Shown: one piece after another, positions 47,864 through 57,014 of the stretch
Layout of the letters: each line of letters opens with the position of its first letter
How positions within the stretch are numbered: the first letter of the stretch is position 1
NCBI GenBank assembly: GCA_001816585.1
Contig: MHCJ01000001.1
Location: 21,538-85,537, forward strand
DNA: 64,000 nucleotides
DNA from: Candidatus Chisholmbacteria bacterium RIFCSPHIGHO2_01_FULL_52_32
Lineage (GTDB): Bacteria > Patescibacteriota > Microgenomatia > UBA1400 > Chisholmbacteraceae
Direction of reading: 5' to 3'
Translations under genes and position numbers: made by a program
The notes under the pieces: model-generated
The model's input: the letters and a program-made list of their open reading frames with translations, nothing else
Told to the model about the DNA's origin: nothing
Databases searched by the model: none

Positions 47864-48802
47864 TCAACCGATTCCGTAGATGATGGTCACGACCAGAACA
47901 CCCCAAAGGAGTACCGCCGCAAGAAGCGGGGTATCGGAAACAAGGATTTTATCGGGACTCTCTCCTTCGTTACGTTCATAAATAAGTTGCAAGTAACGCA
48001 TCACTCCATAGACGACAATCGGAACCGTGATCATCAACCACTTTTGTGCGACAAAGGTATGGGGAAGCTCGGCGAGGAAACCAACCACCCGCGGCCGGGT
48101 GAGAACGGGCTGCGGTTGCAGGAAAGTAAACAGGGCATACGTAATCCAGGTGGTATTGGCAAACATACTCGTGTAAACATCTAAAAGTCTCTGACTGTAG
48201 CCAACCAATGTGGCACGATGGCTGTCAAGAACTTCGCCACGGCCCACAAGAAGGGTCCGCTCGCTTTGGCGTTTACCAACGGCCAGGAACAGCGACAGCG
48301 AAATCACGGTGAAAAGAAACCAGACATTCATGTGAGCATCAACGACAACCGCCCCGGCGTACACGCGAATGATAAAGCCCGTGGCAATGGCCAAAAGATC
48401 CAGGATGGGGACGCGTTTGATCCACAAGCTGTAGAGGATGTGAAGGAGAAGGTAGGCAAAGGAAAACAGAAAGAAGAAAAAGGAAAGCTGTCGTGCCAGG
48501 GTAAGAGCAATAAAAAAACCGAAAACCGCCAGAAAAAGCGCGACGGAGACGGGGAATTTACCAGAAGCAATTGGTCGGTGGCGTTTGTAAGGGTGCCGCC
48601 GATCCAAAGGAGCATCAACGACATCGTTAAAGAGGTAAACGGACGACGTCAAAAACGAAAAAATGGAAAACGCGTAGACGACGCGAAGAAAGGAATCAAA
48701 AGCAAAGAGTTGACCGGAAAAAATGAGGGCGGCAAATAACGCGAAGTTCTTTAACCATTGCCGCGGTCGGGCGCTCTTAAGAACAAAAAGAAGTTGAGCC
48801 AT
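47864..48802 (-). CDS. Decaprenyl-phosphate phosphoribosyltransferase-like UbiA family protein
   Basis: RPRQWLKN, YLFNDVVD..DRRHPYKRHRPIASG, GFIIRVYAG, GKRQSE, GESPD. Confidence 0.9.
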   Translation of the reverse strand: MAQLLFVLKSARPRQWLKNFALFAALIFSGQLFAFDSFLRVVYAFSIFSFLTSSVYLFNDVVDAPLDRRHPYKRHRPIASGKFPVSVALFLAVFGFFIALTLARQLSFFFFLFSFAYLLLHILYSLWIKRVPILDLLAIATGFIIRVYAGAVVVDAHMNVWFLFTVISLSLFLAVGKRQSERTLLVGRGEVLDSHRATLVGYSQRLLDVYTSMFANTTWITYALFTFLQPQPVLTRPRVVGFLAELPHTFVAQKWLMITVPIVVYGVMRYLQLIYERNEGESPDKILVSDTPLLAAVLLWGVLVVTIIYGIG

Positions 48803-49845
48803 AACAACACTCCCCCAACGATCACGGCAAGTGTCACGATTGTATACAATTTCTGTTGGGCATTCAATTGAAGAGCCAGGATCCCCAAAACAGCGCTGAC
48901 GATCCAGTAGAAGATCGCAATCCGCGGCTTACTCCACCCAAAATCGAGCAAGAGATGGTGAAAATGGCCGCGGTCACCCCAAACCGGAGATCGGCCGCTG
49001 GCAAGCCGACGCAGGATAGTATAGACGGCATCCGCCATCGGGATACCCAGAACAAGGATGGCCGTTGCCACCTTTGCTCCGGAAAGTATTGCCAAGATGG
49101 CCAAAAGATATCCCGCAAGCGACCCCCCTCCATACCCTGGCATAATTTTTTGGGGGAACCAATTCCAGGGCAAGAACCCAAGATAGGCGCCGGCGGTGAT
49201 GGCAGCAAGGATAGAAACTCCCCATTGGGTAACGTCTTCCGTAAACCGAAGCGAAAGAGCTGCAATGACGATGGCCGCGACCACCACGATCCCAGGAAGT
49301 TGACCATCAACGCCTTTTGACCAGTTCACGATATTCATACTCCACACGATCCAAAGCAGGGCAAAAAGATCAGAAAGGAGCCAAATGGAGCGGTCACCGA
49401 AGAAATAGAACGTAATCCGGGGCCAATCCAAATGCAGGATTCCACCGAAAGGATTAGTGATAAACGCAATCCCGATTCCGCTGCCAACGACGCTGAATGC
49501 GGCTAAAAAACCAAAACCAAGACGCAGGTAAGGATTGAGATCGAGGCGATCATCCAATAAACCAACGATGGTGAGAAGAAGTCCTCCAAAAAGAATGCCA
49601 AACGAGTGTTTATCAAAACCAAGAAAGATAAGCGATGAGAGAAAGACCGCCGAATAAATCGCAAGACCTCCTCCTCGTGGCGTGGGATAAGTATGAACCA
49701 CCTTAGGATGGCGGCGTAAGGCAGGATCATCGAGCCAGCCAAGGCGAAGGTAGACCGCCCGGACGAGGAAGGTAGCGAGAAAGGAAAAAAGGAATGAAAC
49801 GATAAGTGGAAGGAAGAAAAGCCGTGACAAGAGCGATGGAAACAT
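48751..49845 (-). CDS. Polyprenyl-phosphate GlcNAc-1-P transferase (WecA/TagO, MraY-like)
   Basis: PTPRGGGLAI, GLLDD, NWSKGVDG, RRLASG.SP..GDRGHFHH. Confidence 0.9.
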   Translation of the reverse strand: MFPSLLSRLFFLPLIVSFLFSFLATFLVRAVYLRLGWLDDPALRRHPKVVHTYPTPRGGGLAIYSAVFLSSLIFLGFDKHSFGILFGGLLLTIVGLLDDRLDLNPYLRLGFGFLAAFSVVGSGIGIAFITNPFGGILHLDWPRITFYFFGDRSIWLLSDLFALLWIVWSMNIVNWSKGVDGQLPGIVVVAAIVIAALSLRFTEDVTQWGVSILAAITAGAYLGFLPWNWFPQKIMPGYGGGSLAGYLLAILAILSGAKVATAILVLGIPMADAVYTILRRLASGRSPVWGDRGHFHHLLLDFGWSKPRIAIFYWIVSAVLGILALQLNAQQKLYTIVTLAVIVGGVLLWLNFFLFLRAPDRGNG

Positions 49846-49867
49846 ACTAAGACCACAAATGACAAAA

Positions 49868-50269
49868 CTAGGTAATAAGTAAGATCACCCGGAAAACCGA
49901 GACGTCAATCAACAGGAGCGTTAAGCTTAAGCCGCAAAGGAGGATGCGCGCCAACAGCTGTTCGGATGGAAAAAGAAAGGCGGCAAGGATGCTTGTGGAG
50001 ATGACAAGAAAAAGGGTCAAGAACAGAAGCACAAACAGAAAGCTTGAGGGAACAAGTTGAGCCACACCCCATGGTCTGGAATAAGCCAGGGGAATCTGAG
50101 GGGGAATACGCCAGAAAGAAACCCCGACAACCAGGAGAAGAAGGAAAAAGAAGAACAGAGAGAGTCGAAGGGAACGTCCCCCGATGCGATCACGCCAAAC
50201 AAGGTACAAGGAGTCCTGGGTGGTGTTCTGCGAAGGCTGTCCGAAACCTTCTCCGAGCCGCGCCTGCAT
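49868..50269 (-). CDS. Small membrane protein (DUF1648-like)
   Basis: IPPQIPLAYSRPWG between TM helices; TGCTATACT 7 nt before ATG 50269. Confidence 0.65.
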   Translation of the reverse strand: MQARLGEGFGQPSQNTTQDSLYLVWRDRIGGRSLRLSLFFFFLLLLVVGVSFWRIPPQIPLAYSRPWGVAQLVPSSFLFVLLFLTLFLVISTSILAAFLFPSEQLLARILLCGLSLTLLLIDVSVFRVILLIT

Positions 50270-50345
50270 GGGATAAAGTATAGCATAGCAGGTTGAAATC
50301 CGTGCGGAAAAAAGAGGGAAGTAGAAACGAAAGAGACCGAAGGAT

Positions 50346-51881
50346 TCAATGGCCGACCTGCGCCTGAGTGTCTGGTAATCGCCGATAAAGAGAAGCTCCC
50401 TCAATGGTTGTTTCAAGAATATAGTATTTTACAAGATACGACTTCAATTGAGTAAACCGATCAAGATCTTCAATCACAATAATGTACGGGGGAGGTGACT
50501 CCTGAATGGCGATAATCGTTTCATCGAATGCGCGAAAATCAAAGATATGATAGGAGACCGCATAACGTCCAACCGGGAGTCGTTCGGAGAGTGCATAGAT
50601 AGAGGGCTCAGTTCCCCAGACAAAGATCCGATCCGAAGCAAATGTATGTTGAGTGATATAGGAAGAGATCAGATAATTACGGCGTACCCCGAAAGAATCA
50701 AGGTACCCATCCCAACCTATTCTACCGGTAGCATAGCGGATGAAATTGCGATAATAGGGAAAGGTAGGATAATACCAGAAACGATTTTCAATGTATGCCA
50801 AGAGTAACAAGGTAAACAGCATGGCCGCCAGAAGACGGACCAGAAAGAAACGTTCGGAATAAACAAGCGTTATCAAAAAAACCGCCGCCGCCAATGGCTC
50901 AAGAAGATAGTGTGGGTAGGGACGGCTTGAGAGGAGCGCACCGTACATCGAAAAGACAGCCCAAAGTGAGACAAAGCGAACCGCCATAGAAAGCTTCGAA
51001 GAAAAGAGGAACAGAAAAACAGTAACTCCCAGTACAACAGCACCGCGCCAAATCAATGGGTTGGTGAAGACCCCCTCTCCCCCACTCCGCCAAGAAGACA
51101 CGTACCCGACGTTCTGGAGAAGCGCTGCAGAAACATAGGGTTCAAAAGCCCCAAGCCAAGAATAATAGGCGATGCTCAAAAGAACGGGAAGGACAAATCC
51201 GGAAACCATAGCCAAGAAAGGAAGGGAAAGCATTCGCCGAACCAAAACCCGAACCCGGAAAGATGGCTCGACAAAAAAACACCAAAACAACAACAGGCTG
51301 AAGAAGTCAAACAGGATGGGGATCTTAAAAAGAAAGCTGACAGCAAATGACAACCCAATAGAAAAAGGAATAAGCGGCCGATGATTTGTGGAAGGGACGG
51401 TCAGGAAACGGTAGAACAAAAAGAAACCAATAATGGCCGGAACAATCATGAAGTTTTCGCCGTTGGCAATGTTACCTTCCAAAGTTGGGAGAGTGGAAAA
51501 GACACCAAAAACCGCTGTAGCGATGAAAACCGCAACCCGGTTTTTGTCAAACAGAAGTTCCGCAAGTTTCCAGAAAAAGATAACCCCAAACGTATGGAAA
51601 ACAAGCAGAATGAACCGAAACCAAAACAGACTACCCGCAACCGCCGCTACAAGATAGAGAAGTGGAGGTTTGTTGTCATGAATGTCGCGATAGAGGACAA
51701 GGCCTTTACGGACGGCCTGGCCGAGCGTGAGATAGATTTCTTCATCGGCATACCGATGCGGCTCAACCAGCGAAGGGATCCGGAGGACGAAGATAAAAAG
51801 GAAAAGTACAATGAGCGCACGGTATTTTGCAATGAATATGGCAATCTTGTGAGCAAGAGATTGCGGCCCGGCGTTATTCAT
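50346..51881 (-). CDS. GT-C fold membrane glycosyltransferase (ArnT/PMT-like)
   Basis: DEEIY, LYRDIHDNKPPLLY, ANGENF, many TM helices, YPHY. Confidence 0.85.
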   Translation of the reverse strand: MNNAGPQSLAHKIAIFIAKYRALIVLFLFIFVLRIPSLVEPHRYADEEIYLTLGQAVRKGLVLYRDIHDNKPPLLYLVAAVAGSLFWFRFILLVFHTFGVIFFWKLAELLFDKNRVAVFIATAVFGVFSTLPTLEGNIANGENFMIVPAIIGFFLFYRFLTVPSTNHRPLIPFSIGLSFAVSFLFKIPILFDFFSLLLFWCFFVEPSFRVRVLVRRMLSLPFLAMVSGFVLPVLLSIAYYSWLGAFEPYVSAALLQNVGYVSSWRSGGEGVFTNPLIWRGAVVLGVTVFLFLFSSKLSMAVRFVSLWAVFSMYGALLSSRPYPHYLLEPLAAAVFLITLVYSERFFLVRLLAAMLFTLLLLAYIENRFWYYPTFPYYRNFIRYATGRIGWDGYLDSFGVRRNYLISSYITQHTFASDRIFVWGTEPSIYALSERLPVGRYAVSYHIFDFRAFDETIIAIQESPPPYIIVIEDLDRFTQLKSYLVKYYILETTIEGASLYRRLPDTQAQVGH

Positions 51882-51938
51882 TGTTTCATTGTTTCATGGT
51901 TTCATTGAACAATACAACAATGGAACAATATAACAGTT
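51879..51938. repeat. Gene-less inverted pair of 8-mer tracts (CATTGTTT CATTGTTT CATGGTTT CATT / GAACAATA CAACAATG GAACAATA TAACAGTT)
   Basis: Same ATTG/CAAT 8-mer family and orientation as the arms of cassette 2. Confidence 0.85.
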
Positions 51939-51942
51939 GTAG

Positions 51943-53439
51943 TTATACCTTCTCCGTGACACGGTATTCAATATACCGCCCGAGCATAAGTCTGGTATGG
52001 GCATCAATGCCAGGAAGAGCGCTAAAGAAAAACCCAACAACTGGAAGAAGAATAAATTCAAACGGCTGAAACAGACGTCGAAGCAGAGAAATCCCTTGTT
52101 CTCGTGGCGGCCGTTGTCGGGCGTCTATAAAAAGGATAACCACCAGGGAGATGAGGGAAAGCGTCAGAATGAATGAGGAAACTTGGGGTAAAGTTTTCCC
52201 GAGGATTGTGCGGGAGAAGTTCGGATTGATGAGTGGAGGAAGGAGAGCCCCAAGGGTAATGGCAAACCAGTTGACAGGCCAAAGGAAGTGATCTTCAAGT
52301 ACACCAAGGACGCGAAACGTCTTATCCCAAAACGATATCCGTTTGGCAGTCAGCCAATGACGGATAATATAGGGATCATCAGAAACGCCCCAGGCCCAGC
52401 GTTTCACCTGCTCGTACTGATTGACCATCGTTTTCCAATAGCTGGTGGATTCTGCGGCATCGGCATAGACGGGTAAGAACAACGATTCCGTCTCAACACC
52501 ACCCTTAAAATGGAAATAAGCCTTGAAGAAAAGTCGATAATCCTCAGGGATAACATCGACATCCCAGTATCCTATTTCATGGGCAAGTCGCATGCTGGTT
52601 GAGTATGTAGAAAAGTTGATCAGTCGGTCTTGGCGGATTAAAAGGGAAGTTTGGACAACACTCCAAATTGTGGCAAGAACACGAATCGGAGCAGGAACCC
52701 GCCAAATGTTGTTGTAAAAGACAATCGCAGCTTGCCAGATGCGGCGGTAACGCCTTGGGTGGTCTAAAAATGCATAGGTAAGGGCTGCCAAATAGTGAGG
52801 ATGGAGGACCGCATCCGCATCTTCGCTGGTGACGGTGAGGTAATTGATGTCAAAACCCCGTCGATCAACCAATTCGCGCTTGGCAAACTTTGCAGCCCAG
52901 GAAGTATTGGATGATTTTCCCGCAACCTCACCGGAAAGCTTCGGGTGAAAAGTGATAAGGAAAGAGGAAAAGACTCCATCAAATACATCGCGCAGATGTT
53001 CTGCCTTTTTGTAAGCAGTCTCCCCTTCACGTTCTTCGAATGAGACAACAACATCGATTTGCCGTTTAGGAAACGTTTGTCGCCGAAGGCCTTCAAGGGT
53101 TCGTCGCAAGGTATGAAGCGGTTCTTTGAATGTAGGGATAATAACAAGATGGTGAACCCGTCTCCAGTCCGGAAAAAGGGAAAGTTCACCCATCCAGTCG
53201 AATGAGAGGGCGGCCTGAATACGGAAGTGTGCAAAAACGGCCAAGAGTGCAGTAGAGACCGAACGATAGAGCCAGTAGACATCAAAGGCCAAAACGTAGT
53301 ATGCAACTGCGATGGGGAAAAAAAAGGATCCCCAAAAAGGAAAAAGGATGAGCGACCAAGAAAAAAGGCCCGGAACGACCTCGAGAAGCCGGAAGTGCTT
53401 TCGCAAAAGAGAAGCTTGCTGCCGAGGAGAACTGCTCAT
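51943..53439 (-). CDS. Membrane glycosyltransferase family 2
   Basis: IIPTFKE, GKSSN, EDAD, IPED, QVKRWAWG. Confidence 0.9.
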   Translation of the reverse strand: MSSSPRQQASLLRKHFRLLEVVPGLFSWSLILFPFWGSFFFPIAVAYYVLAFDVYWLYRSVSTALLAVFAHFRIQAALSFDWMGELSLFPDWRRVHHLVIIPTFKEPLHTLRRTLEGLRRQTFPKRQIDVVVSFEEREGETAYKKAEHLRDVFDGVFSSFLITFHPKLSGEVAGKSSNTSWAAKFAKRELVDRRGFDINYLTVTSEDADAVLHPHYLAALTYAFLDHPRRYRRIWQAAIVFYNNIWRVPAPIRVLATIWSVVQTSLLIRQDRLINFSTYSTSMRLAHEIGYWDVDVIPEDYRLFFKAYFHFKGGVETESLFLPVYADAAESTSYWKTMVNQYEQVKRWAWGVSDDPYIIRHWLTAKRISFWDKTFRVLGVLEDHFLWPVNWFAITLGALLPPLINPNFSRTILGKTLPQVSSFILTLSLISLVVILFIDARQRPPREQGISLLRRLFQPFEFILLPVVGFFFSALPGIDAHTRLMLGRYIEYRVTEKV

Positions 53440-53483
53440 AATTGAAAAAGGAAAAATCACCTCATTGATATAGAGGAATTGTA

Positions 53484-54908
53484 TCAAAGGTGAGGGAAAA
53501 AGGGATTCTGAGCCAGGATCTTGGGACCGGCGAACCGGGCGAGGATTTTTGCTGAAGTATCCGGAAGAAATGGTTGGAGTTCAAAGCCAACCTGTCGGAG
53601 ACTGCCGATAAGCGCAGTCAAGACCTTACGGAGACTCATTCCGGACAAAGTCCACGGCCGATTACGATCAATCGTGTGGTTAAGTGTAGATACACTTTTC
53701 CATATCTCCGAAAGAGCCAAATCAAGTCGATAGTCCTCGAGATGCTTTTTCACTTGAAGCCGAAAATGAAGTGGCGGTGAAGCTGGGAACGAAAACCCGC
53801 TGCGCTGCGCAAGCGTTGCAATCCGTGACACTAAATTCCCAAGTCCGTTTGACAAATCGGAAGTATAAAGCTCCTCAAACCGTCGAAGAGTGAAATCGCC
53901 ATCATCGAGGGTAGGTATCTCACGCAGTAAAAAGTATCGAACTGCATCGAGTCCGTAGGTATTTAAAAGCCAATACGGATCAATAACGTTACCGATGGTT
54001 TTGCTCATTTTATGTCCCCCAATGGTAATGAAGCCATGGACCAAAAGCGCTTTCGGGAGCGGCAGTTTGGCAGAAAGAAGGATGGCTGGCCAGTAAACAG
54101 CGTGGAAGCGGATGATGTCCTTACCGATGATATGGAGGTCAGCAGGCCACCATGCTTTCCATAAGCGCTCATCATATCCGTAACCAACTCCCGTCATATA
54201 AATAGCAAGAGCATCGAACCAAACGTATATCTTTTGGCCATCATCTCCAGGGATAGGAACCCCTACCCCACGAGCCCGTTCATTGCTCCGGGAGATGCTG
54301 AAATCCTCAAGCCCCATACGGACAAAAGACAAAATTTCCCGCCTCCGTTTTTGTGGGAAGATTCGCAGGGTATCGGAAGTAATGAGGTCTTCAATCTGGT
54401 GTTGGTATTTGGAGAGTCGGAAAAAATAGTTTTCTTCCTCTATCCGTTCGGGAAACGTGTTATGATCCGGACATTTTCCATCGAGAAGATCCTTTTTACG
54501 CTTAAAGCTTTCGCACCCGACGCAATAAAGTCCAACGTAGCGTTTTTTATAGATGTCTCCGGAGCGAAGGCAACGATTCCACAACAATTGGACACCGGGC
54601 CAATGGAATGTTTGATCGGTACCGCGACGAAACACATCGAGGGAAACGCCCAACAATCCATAAAAGTCTCGGAAGATATCCGAATATTTTTTAAGAAACA
54701 CGGAAGGAGAAAGTTCCTCTTTCTCTGCAGCCTGGACATTCTTCAGAGCGTTTTCATCAGCTCCTGATCCCAAAAAGACCCCGTCTCCCAAAAGCTCATG
54801 GTAACGTTGGATACAATCGGCAATGACGTACTCCTGCGCATGACCCAGATGAGGCCTGGCATTAACATACGGAATTGCACTGGTCAGATAAAACTTCCTT
54901 CTTCGCAT
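53484..54908 (-). CDS. metG: Methionine--tRNA ligase (short form)
   Basis: FYLTSAIPYVNARPHLGH, YCVGCE, YVWFDAL, IGKDIIRFHAVYWP, KMSKT; start trimmed to 54908. Confidence 0.97.
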   Translation of the reverse strand: MRRRKFYLTSAIPYVNARPHLGHAQEYVIADCIQRYHELLGDGVFLGSGADENALKNVQAAEKEELSPSVFLKKYSDIFRDFYGLLGVSLDVFRRGTDQTFHWPGVQLLWNRCLRSGDIYKKRYVGLYCVGCESFKRKKDLLDGKCPDHNTFPERIEEENYFFRLSKYQHQIEDLITSDTLRIFPQKRRREILSFVRMGLEDFSISRSNERARGVGVPIPGDDGQKIYVWFDALAIYMTGVGYGYDERLWKAWWPADLHIIGKDIIRFHAVYWPAILLSAKLPLPKALLVHGFITIGGHKMSKTIGNVIDPYWLLNTYGLDAVRYFLLREIPTLDDGDFTLRRFEELYTSDLSNGLGNLVSRIATLAQRSGFSFPASPPLHFRLQVKKHLEDYRLDLALSEIWKSVSTLNHTIDRNRPWTLSGMSLRKVLTALIGSLRQVGFELQPFLPDTSAKILARFAGPKILAQNPFFPHL

Positions 54909-55003
54909 ACGAAACTCTAGACAGGAAAGGGTACGGAAGTATTGTAACAGAAGTTCATCTGAACGAGCTAAAGAGAGAGAAACTGAAAAAAGAAAGCTCA
55001 AAG

Positions 55004-55366
55004 TTAAGAGGAGAATGATTGAAACAATCGGCGAATCCTCTTGGCCCATTGATCAGCCCACTCTTCCGCCTTGACTTTGGTAAGGGCAAGCTGAACACCG
55101 GGGTTGCCCATCCTAAGCGCTACAGCAGCGACCGTTGCGGAAGATACCTTCAGCATCTCCCGGATGTTTTCGTAGCTTCTCCCTTTTTCTAAAAAAGTAG
55201 CGATGGCAAAACGCTTCGCCAAAGCCACACGCTCGGTCTCGGTTAAAAGGTCTGAAAGCACCACTTTAACCTCATGGGGTGTTCGGAGATCTGCCAAAGT
55301 CTGATAGAAGACGGAGAACACCTGCTGTTCGAGGATAGCATTGAGTTTCCGGTCAGAAATCTGCAT
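55004..55366 (-). CDS. TrpR-like YerC/YecD family protein
   Basis: LSDLLTETERVALAKRFAIA..L..GRSYENI...LKVSSATVA. Confidence 0.88.
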   Translation of the reverse strand: MQISDRKLNAILEQQVFSVFYQTLADLRTPHEVKVVLSDLLTETERVALAKRFAIATFLEKGRSYENIREMLKVSSATVAAVALRMGNPGVQLALTKVKAEEWADQWAKRIRRLFQSFSS

Positions 55367-55435
55367 AAGAAGCAGCGATTTAATTGAATAAACTCAGTCT
55401 GTGTATAACATGGAAATCTTTGTCTTGTCAATCGA

Positions 55436-55774
55436 TCAATGTGGCCGAGCTGACAAAGCCAGTTCGAAAAAGACAAGAAAACTGAAGAGAAGAATAGCAT
55501 TCAGGAGATGTCCCAAACCCAAGACTCGAAGAGCCAGAAAAACAATCACACCAAAAGAAAGGAGGAATCCGCGACGAGTGTGAGCAAAAAGAAGAGAGGC
55601 GGTAAGAAAAAGAGCCAGCCACAAAGAAAGGAAAAAGGGCAAATAGGTTCCGTGAAAAAGCCAGTCGCGAACGAGCTCAGGGTCAACAAAAAAAATGAAA
55701 AAGCCCACGACACCCCAGAAAAGAAGGGCAAAAAAAAGAGCGGGCAGAAAGTTTCTCCTTCGTATGGTAGGCAT
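55436..55774 (-). CDS. Small multi-TM hypothetical protein
   Basis: Four hydrophobic segments with VDP and HTRRG linkers. Confidence 0.65.
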   Translation of the reverse strand: MPTIRRRNFLPALFFALLFWGVVGFFIFFVDPELVRDWLFHGTYLPFFLSLWLALFLTASLLFAHTRRGFLLSFGVIVFLALRVLGLGHLLNAILLFSFLVFFELALSARPH

Positions 55775-55956
55775 TAAAAGACATTCTAGCTGATCGGAAA
55801 CCGGAAAGCGAAGACGTGACATAAAAAAAGATCCGGAAGATAGACAGACGACAGAGAAAGTTTTACAATGGCCAGGCAACAGCCCAGTAAAATCGGGCAA
55901 GAAACACACCCGCTCGATAGTCGAAGTAAACCGAGGAAAAAAAGAAACAAGTTAAA

Positions 55957-56991
55957 ATGCCAAGAGAAATCTATCTTCTTGCAACCATAATGATTGTGGG
56001 GTTTGCGATTTCGGTATGGTATATCGTAGCCAAGCTTGAAAGCCTGAGAAAAGAGAAAGAGGATACCACCCTTCTCGAGTGGGCCAAAGCAACTCAAAAG
56101 GACATCAAAGACCTCCAAAATGTTCTCGCAGAGAGCCTTCAGCGCTCGAACCAAAACATTACCGAGACGCTCTTAAAGAGCTCCCACTCCCTGAATCAAC
56201 GGCTGGATAAAGCAGCGGAGGTGATCGGCGAACTGAAAAAAGAAGCAGGCCAATTTTCCACGATCTCTCAGTCAATGCGCGACCTCCAGGCTTTTCTTCA
56301 AAGTCCAAAACTCCGCGGCAACATCGGCGAGCAAGTACTCAATGACTTAATTAGCCAAATCTTCCCAAAGAAATCATTCCATCTTCAATACACCTTCAAA
56401 TCAGGAAATACGGTAGACGCCGCCATCCGAACGGATGCCGGCATCATTCCCATTGACTCGAAATTCCCTCTGGAGAACTTTCAAAGAATGGTGGTCGGAG
56501 AAACAAAAGAAGATCGCCAAACCGCCAAGAGAGAGTTTCACAAGGACATCCGCCGCCATATCGATGACATTGCAAGAAAATACATCCTGCCTGAAGAAGG
56601 GACGATGGATTTTGCCTTGATGTACCTTCCGAGCGAACCGGTGTACTACGAGATTGTGAACGAAACGGCCACCACGGACTATGCCCGTCAAAAACGCGTC
56701 TACCCGGTTTCTCCCACCACCCTCTATGCCCATCTGCAAATGATTCTTCTTTCATTTGAAGGAAAAAAAATCGAGTCCAGAGCCAAAGAAATCTTTGTAC
56801 TCCTTCGAGCTATTCAGAAAGATTATGAAAAAGTCGACAGCCATCTCGGAACACTCGGCAACCATATCACCAATACCTACAACAAATTCTCGGAGGTGAC
56901 AAGCGCCTTCACGCGCATGGGACATAAATTGACTTCCACACGGACCTTGGAGAAGAAAAGAGAATCTCAGCCGCCGCTCCTTCAGGAATAG
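55957..56991 (+). CDS. rmuC: DNA recombination protein RmuC
   Basis: PKLRGNIGE, IPIDSKFPLENF, DFALMYLPSE, VSPTTL. Confidence 0.93.
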   Translation: MPREIYLLATIMIVGFAISVWYIVAKLESLRKEKEDTTLLEWAKATQKDIKDLQNVLAESLQRSNQNITETLLKSSHSLNQRLDKAAEVIGELKKEAGQFSTISQSMRDLQAFLQSPKLRGNIGEQVLNDLISQIFPKKSFHLQYTFKSGNTVDAAIRTDAGIIPIDSKFPLENFQRMVVGETKEDRQTAKREFHKDIRRHIDDIARKYILPEEGTMDFALMYLPSEPVYYEIVNETATTDYARQKRVYPVSPTTLYAHLQMILLSFEGKKIESRAKEIFVLLRAIQKDYEKVDSHLGTLGNHITNTYNKFSEVTSAFTRMGHKLTSTRTLEKKRESQPPLLQE

Positions 56992-57014
56992 ACAAAAAAG
57001 ACGACCCCCAACGC

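Noticed and set aside
54909..55049. N-terminal extension of MetRS
   Set aside because: It overlaps the TrpR-like gene; the conserved FYLT motif follows the Met at 54908.
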